A stretch of DNA of 38,028 nucleotides. Source: Chloroflexota bacterium. Its GTDB lineage: Bacteria; Chloroflexota; Dehalococcoidia; GIF9; UBA5629. The translations under genes were made by a program, and so were the position numbers. A model generated the notes under the pieces. It searched no databases. It saw only the letters and a program-made list of their open reading frames with translations, and was not told where the DNA came from. Where the stretch lies: NCBI GenBank assembly GCA_026389715.1, contig JAPLHK010000096.1, forward strand, positions 9,417 to 47,444, in the 5' to 3' direction. Of this stretch, positions 8,930 to 18,348 are shown one piece after another (within the stretch, counting starts at the first letter, position 1; each line of letters opens with the position of its first letter).

Positions 8930-11038
8930 TTAATCATAGACAAACATGGTCTTGACAGCCTTGTATTTGCCCTTGTGGATATTAACATCCATCATTTTCT
9001 TATATTCATCCAGCTTGAACTTATGCGTGACCATGTCCTGCAGCTTCAAATCTTTTTTGCTGATAAGGTCGATGGCTATCTCAAACACATGTTTCGTTTG
9101 GCCTTTGCAGTCATGAAACCCGTAATAAAGGCTGCCCTTGAGTGTAATCAGCTTCACCCAGACCATGGTAGGGTCGAATTTAACCTCGCTGGATAAACCG
9201 ATCAGCGATACCACGCCTCCCGTCCTGACCGCCCTCAGCGCCATCGTCACGCTGTCTGATTTGGAAAGGCAATCATAAACGCGGTCGAACCCGCGCATCA
9301 TGGTGGTGGGCCCGAGCAGCGGCTTATAACATTTGCCGCCTGTTATCTCCGCTGCCTCCTCCAACTGATATTTGCCTGAGATTGTGTGATCGGCGCCGGA
9401 TTTCGTTGCCAGTGCCGCGGTGAAATTCGAGCTCACGGCAGCGGTTATTTTGCAGGGGATATCCAGAGCGCGTATGGCATGGATGACCATATTACCGATG
9501 ACGCCTCCGCCGATGACTAATACCTGCTCATCTTTCTGCGGTTTGTTGGAAAGCACGGCCTCCAGGGCGATGGCGAAGGGCTCAATCAGGGCCGCGGTTT
9601 CGGGGTTGATGCCCTGCGGTATTTTATAAACCTGGCTTTTATGAGCGATAATGTATTCGCCAAACCCGCCCGATGTCCCTGCACATACGTCCAGCGCCGT
9701 GCCAGGCGGCAGCTTACCCTCCGCGAAATTCTCGCAGCTGGACAACCCCAACCGGCATGCGCTGCATTCCGCTTCGATGCCCCTCACCTTACAGTTAAGC
9801 ACCGGGCAGACGGTTACAAGGTCACCGGCCTGCAAACCCGGTACACCGGCGCCGGCCCCGGCGATAGTCCCCGCAATCTCGTGCCCCAGGACCGAGGGGA
9901 ATGAGGTATAGGCTGACCAGGCCGGCGAATTCTTCAACATGACGGTATTGACATCACTGGCGCAGACCCCGCAGCGCCTGACTTTTATCTTTACCCAGTC
10001 GCCCGAGGGTAACTTCGGTTCCGGGATATCCACCATACGCACCGCGGAGATCGGCCCCGAAATATCCATGGCCTCAGCATAACTCATCCGTGTTTTCCAG
10101 CCAAGCTCTTTCTGTGCCCTCGATGTGTCTACGTCGTTGGCGCGGCCGACCAGGCCGACGGTATTCCGGCATATCTCGAATTTAGCGTCCAGAGGACGCA
10201 GCAATTTGTCATTGATAGTGCCCAGACCCCAGGCCGCGCTAAAAGGGATGTCGGAGATATTGATCTTCTTCCCGGCTATGGCAGCCAGGTCAAGAGTATA
10301 CTTGCGCCAGGTAACTGTGTAGTCATCGCGGAAATGGTAAGTCCGTCCCCGCGCGGCGTCCTTCTGCAGCGTCAGCATCACGCCGTCCACCAGGTTTTCC
10401 ACATACACCAGGCTGGCATTATATACACCACTGTCGATCATAGGGTATTTTGTGCTCTTCTGCATGACATCGATAGTATTGGTTACCCAGATGCTGCCCG
10501 GGCCGATGACATTGGACGGACGGATGACCGTGGCCGAAATCTTCCCTTTATCATGGTACTGATATACGAGCTTCTCCGTATCATATTTATAGTCACCGTA
10601 ATAGGAATTGCCCGTCCTGAACTCGTAATCGTCCTCCCGGTGGTAGCGCAGGTGGTCGGTCCTGCCACCGGCCCCGGCCGCACAGAAGGAGCTGAAATAT
10701 ACAAAGTGCGGCCGATTATCTTCTATCGCATCCAGCAAGTATTGTGTGGATACGTAAATGCCATCGTAAAACCTCTTCTGTTTTCCCCAGGGACCCAGCC
10801 AGGCCGCCAGGTGGATGATGATATCCATATCCTTGCAGATACCCTTGATCGACTCCGGCCTGGTGAGGTCAGCAATGACCACCTTAATGCCCTGGTCACG
10901 CAGGCGCTGCGCGTTAGTTTCAGATATATCAAGCGCCGTGACCGCATACCCCTCCTTGACCAGCCGCGGGCACAGGAACGACCCGATAAAGCCGCCGGCG
11001 CCGGTTACCAGCACCTTCTTGCCTGTCGCACTATCCAT
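8930..11038 (-). CDS. fusion protein: extended-SDR (NAD-dependent epimerase/dehydratase/reductase-like) + zinc-type medium-chain alcohol dehydrogenase
   Basis: 702 aa with an ATG preceded by AGGAGGGA. Residues 1-325 carry VTGAGGFIGS and a YGDYK (YxxxK) motif. Residues ~328-702 carry RCGVCASD and GHEIAGTI (catalytic Zn ligands), a structural-Zn Cys cluster (CPVLNC...CSACRLGLSSC) and VIGGGVIGN. An in-frame Met lies at the junction (ATG 10069-10067). Confidence 0.75.
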   Translation of the reverse strand: MDSATGKKVLVTGAGGFIGSFLCPRLVKEGYAVTALDISETNAQRLRDQGIKVVIADLTRPESIKGICKDMDIIIHLAAWLGPWGKQKRFYDGIYVSTQYLLDAIEDNRPHFVYFSSFCAAGAGGRTDHLRYHREDDYEFRTGNSYYGDYKYDTEKLVYQYHDKGKISATVIRPSNVIGPGSIWVTNTIDVMQKSTKYPMIDSGVYNASLVYVENLVDGVMLTLQKDAARGRTYHFRDDYTVTWRKYTLDLAAIAGKKINISDIPFSAAWGLGTINDKLLRPLDAKFEICRNTVGLVGRANDVDTSRAQKELGWKTRMSYAEAMDISGPISAVRMVDIPEPKLPSGDWVKIKVRRCGVCASDVNTVMLKNSPAWSAYTSFPSVLGHEIAGTIAGAGAGVPGLQAGDLVTVCPVLNCKVRGIEAECSACRLGLSSCENFAEGKLPPGTALDVCAGTSGGFGEYIIAHKSQVYKIPQGINPETAALIEPFAIALEAVLSNKPQKDEQVLVIGGGVIGNMVIHAIRALDIPCKITAAVSSNFTAALATKSGADHTISGKYQLEEAAEITGGKCYKPLLGPTTMMRGFDRVYDCLSKSDSVTMALRAVRTGGVVSLIGLSSEVKFDPTMVWVKLITLKGSLYYGFHDCKGQTKHVFEIAIDLISKKDLKLQDMVTHKFKLDEYKKMMDVNIHKGKYKAVKTMFVYD

Positions 11039-11069
11039 GGATAACCATCCCTCCTATGAAGTACTGAAC

Positions 11070-12200
11070 TCAATAGCCGTGCTCCCCGTTCCATTTGCGC
11101 GTTTCGTCCAGCATGGCATAGTAGTTCTCGATTTTAACGTAATTAGCCACGGAGTTGACGGTACCCATGCAGTAGCCGCCACCCGGCGCGCAGTGCTTCA
11201 GTATCTGGCGCGTGCGCTGTCTCACTTCGTCTACCGTCCCGCGCGCCATCAAGTCCATGTCTACGCCTCCCAGGATGGCAATACGGTCATGGAATTTGTC
11301 ATACCATTGTTCTACCGGCAGGATGGCATCCTCGAAGCTATGCCTGGCATCAATGCCCACCTCGATGAGGTCTTCCATAAGGGCCATGACCTGCCCGCAG
11401 GAATGGAAAAGGAACAGTTTACCCTTTTTGTGACAGGCATATGCAATGCGCTTCAGTCTGGGGATATAGTACTTTCTCAGGAAACGTGGAGACAGGGTCG
11501 TCCCCCCCTTAAAACCCAGGTCATCCGAATAAAAAATGGCCCCGGTACCTGCATGCGCCGCAGACATGTCGATAGCACATTCAGCAATACGGGTGAGTTG
11601 CTCAAGTATATCCTCCACCAGCTCCGGTTCCTCTATGCTTTTAATAGCCATGTGCTGGGTACCCATGAGTTCACTCAGGTCTTCATAAATTCCGTTGTAC
11701 ATGACCATGATTTTCATGCCGTCGGGCATAACTCCCGCTGCGTAATCAAGGGCAAGCATGCTTATCTGTTCAAGAGAAGGCCATTTATAGGCTTCATATT
11801 CTTCGCGCGTGGTGATAATACCCTGGCCCTCTTCCTTCCAGGCCCGTTTCTGTCTGCGCCGGTCTGTATCGGTGGCCAATTCCCTGCGGGTCTTGGTCAT
11901 CGGAATCACCGGTATCATTGTGACATAATCGTATCCAACTGCTTTGCTGAAAGCTACATTAAGCTCAATCAGCCTGATGCCCATTTCCAGCGCTTCCTGA
12001 TCATCGATCAGTTGACCCGCATTGGTGAAAAGCTCGACTGCCCTGGCGGCCGGATAGTCGATGCCCGTGACCTCGGACATAATCTCGGCATCGGGAAATA
12101 ATTCGATGATAGGTACCGGCCCTTGCGTGACTTGACGCCTCAGCACCTTTTCCAGGTATTCCCAGTTGTACGTAGTCTTGAACGGCCTCTCAATGGGCAT
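11070..12200 (-). CDS. uroporphyrinogen-decarboxylase (URO-D)/MtaA-like family protein
   Basis: 376 aa with an ATG 5 nt after AGGAGG. The C-terminal half (FYSDDLGFKGG, LFLFHSCGQV, ILGGVD) resembles the URO-D/methylcobamide methyltransferase TIM-barrel family. It lies 31 nt upstream of the fusion gene. Confidence 0.6.
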   Translation of the reverse strand: MPIERPFKTTYNWEYLEKVLRRQVTQGPVPIIELFPDAEIMSEVTGIDYPAARAVELFTNAGQLIDDQEALEMGIRLIELNVAFSKAVGYDYVTMIPVIPMTKTRRELATDTDRRRQKRAWKEEGQGIITTREEYEAYKWPSLEQISMLALDYAAGVMPDGMKIMVMYNGIYEDLSELMGTQHMAIKSIEEPELVEDILEQLTRIAECAIDMSAAHAGTGAIFYSDDLGFKGGTTLSPRFLRKYYIPRLKRIAYACHKKGKLFLFHSCGQVMALMEDLIEVGIDARHSFEDAILPVEQWYDKFHDRIAILGGVDMDLMARGTVDEVRQRTRQILKHCAPGGGYCMGTVNSVANYVKIENYYAMLDETRKWNGEHGY

Positions 12201-12403
12201 GCTAACCTCCTGCCTATGTGATGAACTTTAAGCAGACAGACCCTGTTAAATTTATGGGATTTCGCCGTTTTCGCCGTCCAGCCTTATAATCCCGACGATT
12301 CACTATTCTAAAGCTTGTTATTCAGCTTACAGATAACCTTGACTTCATTGTAAATACATTCGCTATGAATTCTTGATTATCACTACAACGGGCAGCAGGG
12401 GCA

Positions 12404-13951
12404 TTACTTGGCTGTTATATCCCGTATCACCTTATAGAGCGGCTTCAGCCTGTCGTACATCTTGAGGTAGACCTCGTTATACAGCCTGTCGTATATGCGC
12501 CGCGTATCCTGGTTGGGCTCGAAGACATCCCCCAGATGGGTCATCTCGCCAACGGCAGTCTTGAAATCGGGATGCACCTTCACACCTACGGCTGCATCGA
12601 TGGCGGCGCCCAACCCGGAGGCCTCGTAAACGTGCGGCCTGGCGGCCGGCAAGCCGAAGATATCAGCGGTCAACTGCATGGCGGCGTTGCTCTGGCTCCC
12701 TCCTCCCGCGATGCGCAGGTCGGTCACCTTGACACCACTGCGTTTTTCCGTCTTTTCGCGGCCCTCGCGCAGGGCATAGGCCAAACCCTCAAGCATGGCG
12801 CGGTAGATATGCGCCCTGGTGTGGTTATCGCCGAACCCCACGATGGCGCCGCGCGCCTCGGGACCGGGGAAGCGCAGGCCGGGCGACCAGTAAGGCTGCA
12901 AGACCAGCCCGTCCGAGCCGGGCGGAACGGATTTCACCAGGTCGTCGAAGAGCGTTTCCGGCTCAACGCCCTTTTCGGCTGCGATCCGCTCTTCGCGCAG
13001 GCCGAACTCCTGCTTGAACCAGCTTACCATCCAGTACCCGCGGAATATCTGTATCTCGAAGTTGTAAAGCATGGGCACCGCCGCCGGGTAGGGCGGGATA
13101 AGGGGGATGACCTCGATGTACTTGCCGTGCGTGGTGTTGATAGTGGCGGTTGTGCCGTAGCTGAGGCAGGCCACGTTCGGCTCCAGCGCGCCCGACCCCA
13201 GCACCTCGCAGGCTTTGTCAGCCGCAGCGGCAATCACGGGCAGCCTGGCCGGTATGCCCGTCGCCTCGGAAGCTTTAGCGGATATCTCGCCCATCACCTG
13301 GCCTTGGGTTATCAGGTCGGGCAGCATCTTCGGGTCAACCGGTATGGCCTGCCACTTCCAGCCGCTCTTGCCCTCCCAGTCCTGGCTCTTGTAGTCGAAG
13401 GGCACGTAACCCACCTGGCTCCCCTTTGAGTCAACGAATCTACCGGTCAAAAGATAGGACAGGTATCCGGAAAGAAACAAATATTTGTAGGTTTTATTCC
13501 ATACCTCGGGCTGGTGCGTACGTATCCAGTTGGCCTCGGCCTCGGCCTGCAGGTAACCCACGGTCTCGCTGGCGCCGGCCACGGCGAACAGCGCGCCCCA
13601 AACCCCACCCAAAGGAGGAAGGCCCTCGGTGCGGCGCTGGTCAAGCCAGATGATGGCCGGCCTGAGCGGTTCACACTTATCGTCCACGTTAACCATGCTG
13701 GCGCGCTGCGTGGTAAGCGCTACCGCGGCGATGCTTTCTTTCTTGACCTCCGGCTTCTCCCACAATGCCCGGCAGGCCTGCGCGATGGATTCCCAGTATA
13801 GCTGCGGCCTCTGCTCGGCCAGACCCGGGGCATCGGAATAATAGGGCTCGTAGGCCACCCTGGATTTGGCGATCAGTTTACCTTTCGGATCGAATAACAG
13901 CACCCGGACGCTCTGCGTCCCAACGTCGATAGATAGCAAGTTTTCTGCCAC
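12404..13951 (-). CDS. FGGY-family carbohydrate/polyol kinase
   Basis: 515 aa with a GTG start 6 nt after AAGGAGG. It has an N-terminal [11 protein letters not shown] phosphate-1 motif and a C-terminal [27 protein letters not shown] signature. It lacks the canonical GlpK DQGTTS motif. Confidence 0.85.
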   Translation of the reverse strand: MAENLLSIDVGTQSVRVLLFDPKGKLIAKSRVAYEPYYSDAPGLAEQRPQLYWESIAQACRALWEKPEVKKESIAAVALTTQRASMVNVDDKCEPLRPAIIWLDQRRTEGLPPLGGVWGALFAVAGASETVGYLQAEAEANWIRTHQPEVWNKTYKYLFLSGYLSYLLTGRFVDSKGSQVGYVPFDYKSQDWEGKSGWKWQAIPVDPKMLPDLITQGQVMGEISAKASEATGIPARLPVIAAAADKACEVLGSGALEPNVACLSYGTTATINTTHGKYIEVIPLIPPYPAAVPMLYNFEIQIFRGYWMVSWFKQEFGLREERIAAEKGVEPETLFDDLVKSVPPGSDGLVLQPYWSPGLRFPGPEARGAIVGFGDNHTRAHIYRAMLEGLAYALREGREKTEKRSGVKVTDLRIAGGGSQSNAAMQLTADIFGLPAARPHVYEASGLGAAIDAAVGVKVHPDFKTAVGEMTHLGDVFEPNQDTRRIYDRLYNEVYLKMYDRLKPLYKVIRDITAK

Positions 13952-14009
13952 GGTCAGCCTCCTTTCAATATTAATATTTCAATCAACTGGCTCAGTTAAA
14001 GCTACACGT

Positions 14010-15743
14010 CTACGGTCTGAATCCCCAGCGTTTTTCCATCTGCTCGGCTGTCATATCCAGTCCCAGCGTGCCGCCGGGGTTCATCACATGATGCGGGTCG
14101 AAATGATCGCGCAGGGCGCGAATTAATTCGAATTGCTGCTTGCCTATCTGCCCCTCAAGCCAGGGCCCCGTTTGCTTGCCGATGCCGTGGTGGTGGCTCA
14201 TGGCCGCCCCGGCCTTCTGGATAGCGTCGAGTACACCGTATTGCAGCTCGAGGTACTCATTGATCTCCTTCATTTTGGCCAGGAAAATAAAATACAGGTT
14301 GCCACCCTGCGGATAGGCATGCGACAGGTGGGTCATGCAAATGGTGCGCGGGCGCGACTTGATATATGCTCTGACCTCGCTGTGCACACTGGCCAGGTTT
14401 TCCCACCTCACAGCACATTCCAGCGTGTCTATCAGTACGCCATAATCCATCAGGTCCTCGCGCATGAAGGGATCGGTGTAACGGCTCTTCTCCCACGATT
14501 GCGTGACCTTAGCCGCCGTCAGGCTGAATGCATGGTATTTCTTGAAGATGCTGTTGACCTTCTTATCGATCAGCCTGGCTAAATCTTTATCACCATCCGC
14601 CAGTCCGATGAACATACAGCGCTGCATAGGCTTGTATCCCAGCAACTGCAAGATCGAATCGACCGGGGTGCCGTGCACGTGATACATGCGCATGGCCACG
14701 TCCGTCTCTTCAGGGTCGGAGAGGCGGAATACTGACGGGAAGCCGAACTCGCCCTGCATCACCTCGCGGCAGGCCTCAAGCCCATCCTCCCAGGTCTTGA
14801 AGAGGTAGGAAAACCGGCGTCTATTTTCCGGTTGGTAACGGCACAGCCTCAGCGTGCAGCTTACCAGTATGCCAAAGGTGCCTTCGCTGCCTATCATGAT
14901 CTGGTCGAAATCCGGCCCGGTGGCCGAGCGCGGGAAATCCGCAGTTTTAAAATCCCCGATCGGCGTCACATACTCCTGCGAGATGACCATGTCTTCTATC
15001 TTGCCGTAATAGGTGGAGTTCTGGCCCGCCCCCCGCGTCACCACCCAGCCGCCCACGCTGGAATGCTCGAAAGACTGCGGGAAATGGCCCACGGTGTAGC
15101 GGCGTTTCGCACCCAGCGTTTTCGGAGCATTGTTCAGGATACGCTCCAATTCAGGACCCATGATGCCGGGTTGCACCGTGACAGTCTGGTCGGTCTCGTT
15201 GATGCTGACTACCTTGTCCATGTGTGCATTCATATCCAGGCAGACTCCACCCCTGACCGCCTCCTTGCCGCGTGTCACACTGGAATTGCCGCCGGCAGCG
15301 TACAGCGGCAGCCGGTTTTCGTCACAGTACTTGACTAATGCTTCAACATCACGCCTATCGCGGGGGTAGACAACGGCATCAGGAAGGTTCTCCACGATAT
15401 GATAGCGGAGGCGCAGGACATCTATGATGGCAGCGCCGTAGGAGGCGCGTGTCCGGTTATAGGTATCGGTGAGAACATTATCCGCGCCGGCCATATCCTT
15501 TAAAGCCGCTATCTGGCCGGACGATAATTTGCAGGGGACATCTATATCCAGCTCCTCCACGCAGAGGCTGGGCTTTTGAAATTCCTCATCCTTCATGCCG
15601 AAAGCGTCTTTGAGCAGGTGGAACATGCCGGGGTTGGGATGTTTGAAGCCCTTCGGATCACCGTATTTAATCAGGCTGCGGTAGGAGCGCGCCGGCGCTT
15701 CCTCCTCACACCACTGCGGGTAGAATCCATGCTTGCTTGCCAT
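14010..15743 (-). CDS. FAD-linked oxidase, alkylglycerone-phosphate synthase (AGPS)-like
   Basis: 577 aa with an ATG 4 nt after GGAGGG. It has a PCMH FAD domain (LYAAGGNSSVTRG), an ~100-aa N-terminal extension and SHHHGIGKQ (HHH loop) in place of the GEHGIG of GlcD-type enzymes. Confidence 0.7.
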   Translation of the reverse strand: MASKHGFYPQWCEEEAPARSYRSLIKYGDPKGFKHPNPGMFHLLKDAFGMKDEEFQKPSLCVEELDIDVPCKLSSGQIAALKDMAGADNVLTDTYNRTRASYGAAIIDVLRLRYHIVENLPDAVVYPRDRRDVEALVKYCDENRLPLYAAGGNSSVTRGKEAVRGGVCLDMNAHMDKVVSINETDQTVTVQPGIMGPELERILNNAPKTLGAKRRYTVGHFPQSFEHSSVGGWVVTRGAGQNSTYYGKIEDMVISQEYVTPIGDFKTADFPRSATGPDFDQIMIGSEGTFGILVSCTLRLCRYQPENRRRFSYLFKTWEDGLEACREVMQGEFGFPSVFRLSDPEETDVAMRMYHVHGTPVDSILQLLGYKPMQRCMFIGLADGDKDLARLIDKKVNSIFKKYHAFSLTAAKVTQSWEKSRYTDPFMREDLMDYGVLIDTLECAVRWENLASVHSEVRAYIKSRPRTICMTHLSHAYPQGGNLYFIFLAKMKEINEYLELQYGVLDAIQKAGAAMSHHHGIGKQTGPWLEGQIGKQQFELIRALRDHFDPHHVMNPGGTLGLDMTAEQMEKRWGFRP

Positions 15744-15804
15744 GTCACCCTCCTCTGATCAGGATTTCTCAGATTAGTATTTATGCACTGCAATCCAGCA
15801 GGCT

Positions 15805-17391
15805 TCAACCGGGTTTGGGGCTGTAATACGTCTGCCAGGTATTCAAATAGGCCGTTGATTCCTGCTGCCAGCGCTCGTCACTCCAGCCCAGTTCCCCCTG
15901 CGTAATAGTGCGGATGCGCTCGAGGTGCTCCTTGGCCCCGTTGGGCAGCAGCATGCCTATTCTGACCCGCCGCATGAGCAAATCGGCCAGGTGCACCACA
16001 CCCTCCTCGCGCGCCGCCCAGCGCAGCTCTGCCCAGATATTCGGCAGGCTGCCGATGCGCTCCAGTTCCCCTGCGCCGGCGGTCTTGATAAGTTCCGCTG
16101 TTTCGCCTCCGTGGCGCCCTTTGATGTAGGCCAGGGTGGCCGGGTTGATATTGGGCGCCTTGATATCCGGCTGCCGGGGGAAAACACGCTTCAACTTGAT
16201 GACCGGAAGCTTGCCCAGCTTGGCCAGCACGACCATCACCGTCTGCTTGGCCATGATGCGGAAGGTGGTATATTTGCCGCCGGTGATAGTTATCAGGCCA
16301 TCCTCCTGCCAGAGAGCGTGCCCCCGCGATTCCTTTCCCGGGGTGTCGGCGCCTCCCTTGATGATCGGGCGCACGCCTGAGAAAGAAGATATCATGTCGC
16401 TTTCCTTAAGCCCTAGGGTGGGGAATAGGAATGAAGCCGCCTCCATCATGTAGCTTATCTCGTCGCCGCTGGCAAAAGGCTCGGAATACCTGCTGTCCAG
16501 CGCCGCGTCGTGGTCGATATCGGTTGTCCCGAGGATAGTGGCGCCCTCCCAGGGAATGACGAACATGGCGCGGTTATCCTTGGGGTGCAGCAGGGTCAGG
16601 GCGTCTTTCATCGGCAGCCGTTCCCGCGGGAAAATGAGGTGGCTGCCGCGCAACCTGCGCAGCCTGGCGGGTTGCGAGATCTGGCCACGGACGATATCCG
16701 CCCAGGGGCCCGAGGCGTTTACCACTACCCCGGCTTTTATCTCAACCGTTTTGCCGTCCTGGGAAGAGGTATCTTTCAGCGCAACACCGCATACCTGGCC
16801 CTTGCTGTCCTTAAGCAGCTTCTCCGCCTTAGCGTAGTTGAGAACCGTACCGCCTGCCCTGACCGCTTCCCAGAGGACCCGCAGTACGATGCGGCTGTCA
16901 TCCATGGCGGCATCGTAATACAGGTACCCATCCAGCATCCCATCCGCCTTCAATACCGGGTACTCTTTAAGTATCTTCTCTTTGCTGTAGGGATGATGAT
17001 CCCACTTGGGGGCAAGGAGGTCGTAAATGGCAATGATAGTGCCGAGCTGCTTGGTTTTTATATGGTAACGCTCGAAATTGGGAAAGATGAAGCCCAGCTT
17101 GGTGACCAGGTTGGGCGCCTCTCTAAGTATCCATTCCCGCTCGCGCACCGACTCCTGCGTGACCTTGTATTGCTTGTTGAGGATATAACGCAGGCCGCCG
17201 TGGATCAGTTTGGATGAGCGGCTGGACGTGCCCGAAGCAAAGTCGTTGGCTTCCACCAGCAGGGCCTTCAACCCGGCCGCCACCGCGTGGCGCAGCACCC
17301 CTGCACCTGTTATACCTCCGCCGATAATAATCAGGTCCCACGGCTGATCAAGGTTTGACCAGGTCTGTTCGCGCCATCCTTTACGCCACAT
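15805..17391 (-). CDS. FAD-dependent glycerol-3-phosphate dehydrogenase-like (GlpD/GlpA family)
   Basis: 528 aa with an ATG 5 nt after AAGGAG. It carries DLIIIGGGITGAG and the FASGTSSRSSKLIHGGLRY signature, and has a C-terminal helical domain. Confidence 0.85.
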   Translation of the reverse strand: MWRKGWREQTWSNLDQPWDLIIIGGGITGAGVLRHAVAAGLKALLVEANDFASGTSSRSSKLIHGGLRYILNKQYKVTQESVREREWILREAPNLVTKLGFIFPNFERYHIKTKQLGTIIAIYDLLAPKWDHHPYSKEKILKEYPVLKADGMLDGYLYYDAAMDDSRIVLRVLWEAVRAGGTVLNYAKAEKLLKDSKGQVCGVALKDTSSQDGKTVEIKAGVVVNASGPWADIVRGQISQPARLRRLRGSHLIFPRERLPMKDALTLLHPKDNRAMFVIPWEGATILGTTDIDHDAALDSRYSEPFASGDEISYMMEAASFLFPTLGLKESDMISSFSGVRPIIKGGADTPGKESRGHALWQEDGLITITGGKYTTFRIMAKQTVMVVLAKLGKLPVIKLKRVFPRQPDIKAPNINPATLAYIKGRHGGETAELIKTAGAGELERIGSLPNIWAELRWAAREEGVVHLADLLMRRVRIGMLLPNGAKEHLERIRTITQGELGWSDERWQQESTAYLNTWQTYYSPKPG

Positions 17392-17503
17392 AATTGCTCC
17401 TTTGAAACGAATTTAACAGTTAGCCGGCACCGCATTGTGGGCGCCGCAATTGCATTGCTTAGATTATTGCTAAACGGGACTGTTGTCAATACTTCGGCAG
17501 GAT

Positions 17504-18316
17504 TTACCCTACATCCACCAGTGACCTGATGTTCCTGGTTGCCAGATCTACCGCGCCTGCACTGTATTCAACAACGATGGCGTCGAGCGGGCAGGCCAGT
17601 GAGCAACGTCCGCAGCCCCGGCAGGCATTGCTAAGCACGGCTGCGCCATTTACCATTGAAATGGCATTGACAAAGCATACTCCTTCGGCGCATATGCCGC
17701 AGCCGCTGCACCCTTCAGTTACCCTGACATTGACGCCCGGCATCTTTTTAACCGTGGCGCCGATATCCTCAGAAACGACTGGCAGCATCCTCCACAGGCA
17801 GCAGCAGGGGCAGCAATTGCATATAGTGAGAAGCTTATTACCGGGTCCCACGCCCAGCCAGACTGCGTCCAGCTTATTGCGGCCGATGAGGTGAACCAGT
17901 CCGGCCTCCCTGCACTTCCTGGCATGCTCCAGCGCCTCGTCACGGGTTACCCTTCTGCCCAGCGCGGGGTTAATGCCCAGCGCTGCCTCTCCCAGGAAAA
18001 TGCAGCCCAACCCTATCGGGTAATCTGCGCAATGCGAGGCCTGGCGGCAGATGCAGTTATCCATCACCCAGTGATAATTGGCCTCGTTGATGAAACGTTC
18101 CACCAGGATGGAGGGGAGCACCACCTGTTCCGGCGCATCAACATCCAGGCCAACCTGCACCACGCGGTCCGATGGCAGGAAAACCAGGTCATCCCCGTCA
18201 AAAAGCCACTTCTGCAGTGCTTTCCCCACAACCGGCCAACGCGTTACCCCGGCCAGCACGAACCTTCCGGGGAAACCGGCCCTGATCAAGGCTACCAGCC
18301 ATGTTGGCCTTGCCAT
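17504..18316 (-). CDS. Fe-S protein: unknown N-domain with CNCCPCCC cluster + 2x[4Fe-4S] ferredoxin domain
   Basis: 270 aa. The C-terminus has CSGCGICAEGVC and CRGCGRCSLACP motifs. An unusual TICNCCPCCCLW run and further Cys (NCICRQASHC) lie upstream. Confidence 0.7.
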   Translation of the reverse strand: MARPTWLVALIRAGFPGRFVLAGVTRWPVVGKALQKWLFDGDDLVFLPSDRVVQVGLDVDAPEQVVLPSILVERFINEANYHWVMDNCICRQASHCADYPIGLGCIFLGEAALGINPALGRRVTRDEALEHARKCREAGLVHLIGRNKLDAVWLGVGPGNKLLTICNCCPCCCLWRMLPVVSEDIGATVKKMPGVNVRVTEGCSGCGICAEGVCFVNAISMVNGAAVLSNACRGCGRCSLACPLDAIVVEYSAGAVDLATRNIRSLVDVG

Positions 18317-18348
18317 CTATACAGGCAAACTCCTCGATTAGAACAATT

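Noticed and set aside
10815-12101. 428-aa plus-strand ORF opposite the URO-D-like and SDR::ADH genes
   Set aside because: It is a shadow ORF spanning two well-supported minus-strand genes and their intergenic SD. It has no motifs and a low-complexity composition.
12536-13429. 297-aa plus-strand ORF opposite the FGGY kinase (and similarly 16510-17217 opposite the GlpD-like gene)
   Set aside because: Both are antisense shadow ORFs with Arg/Gly/His-rich translations, and the opposite strand carries clear family signatures.
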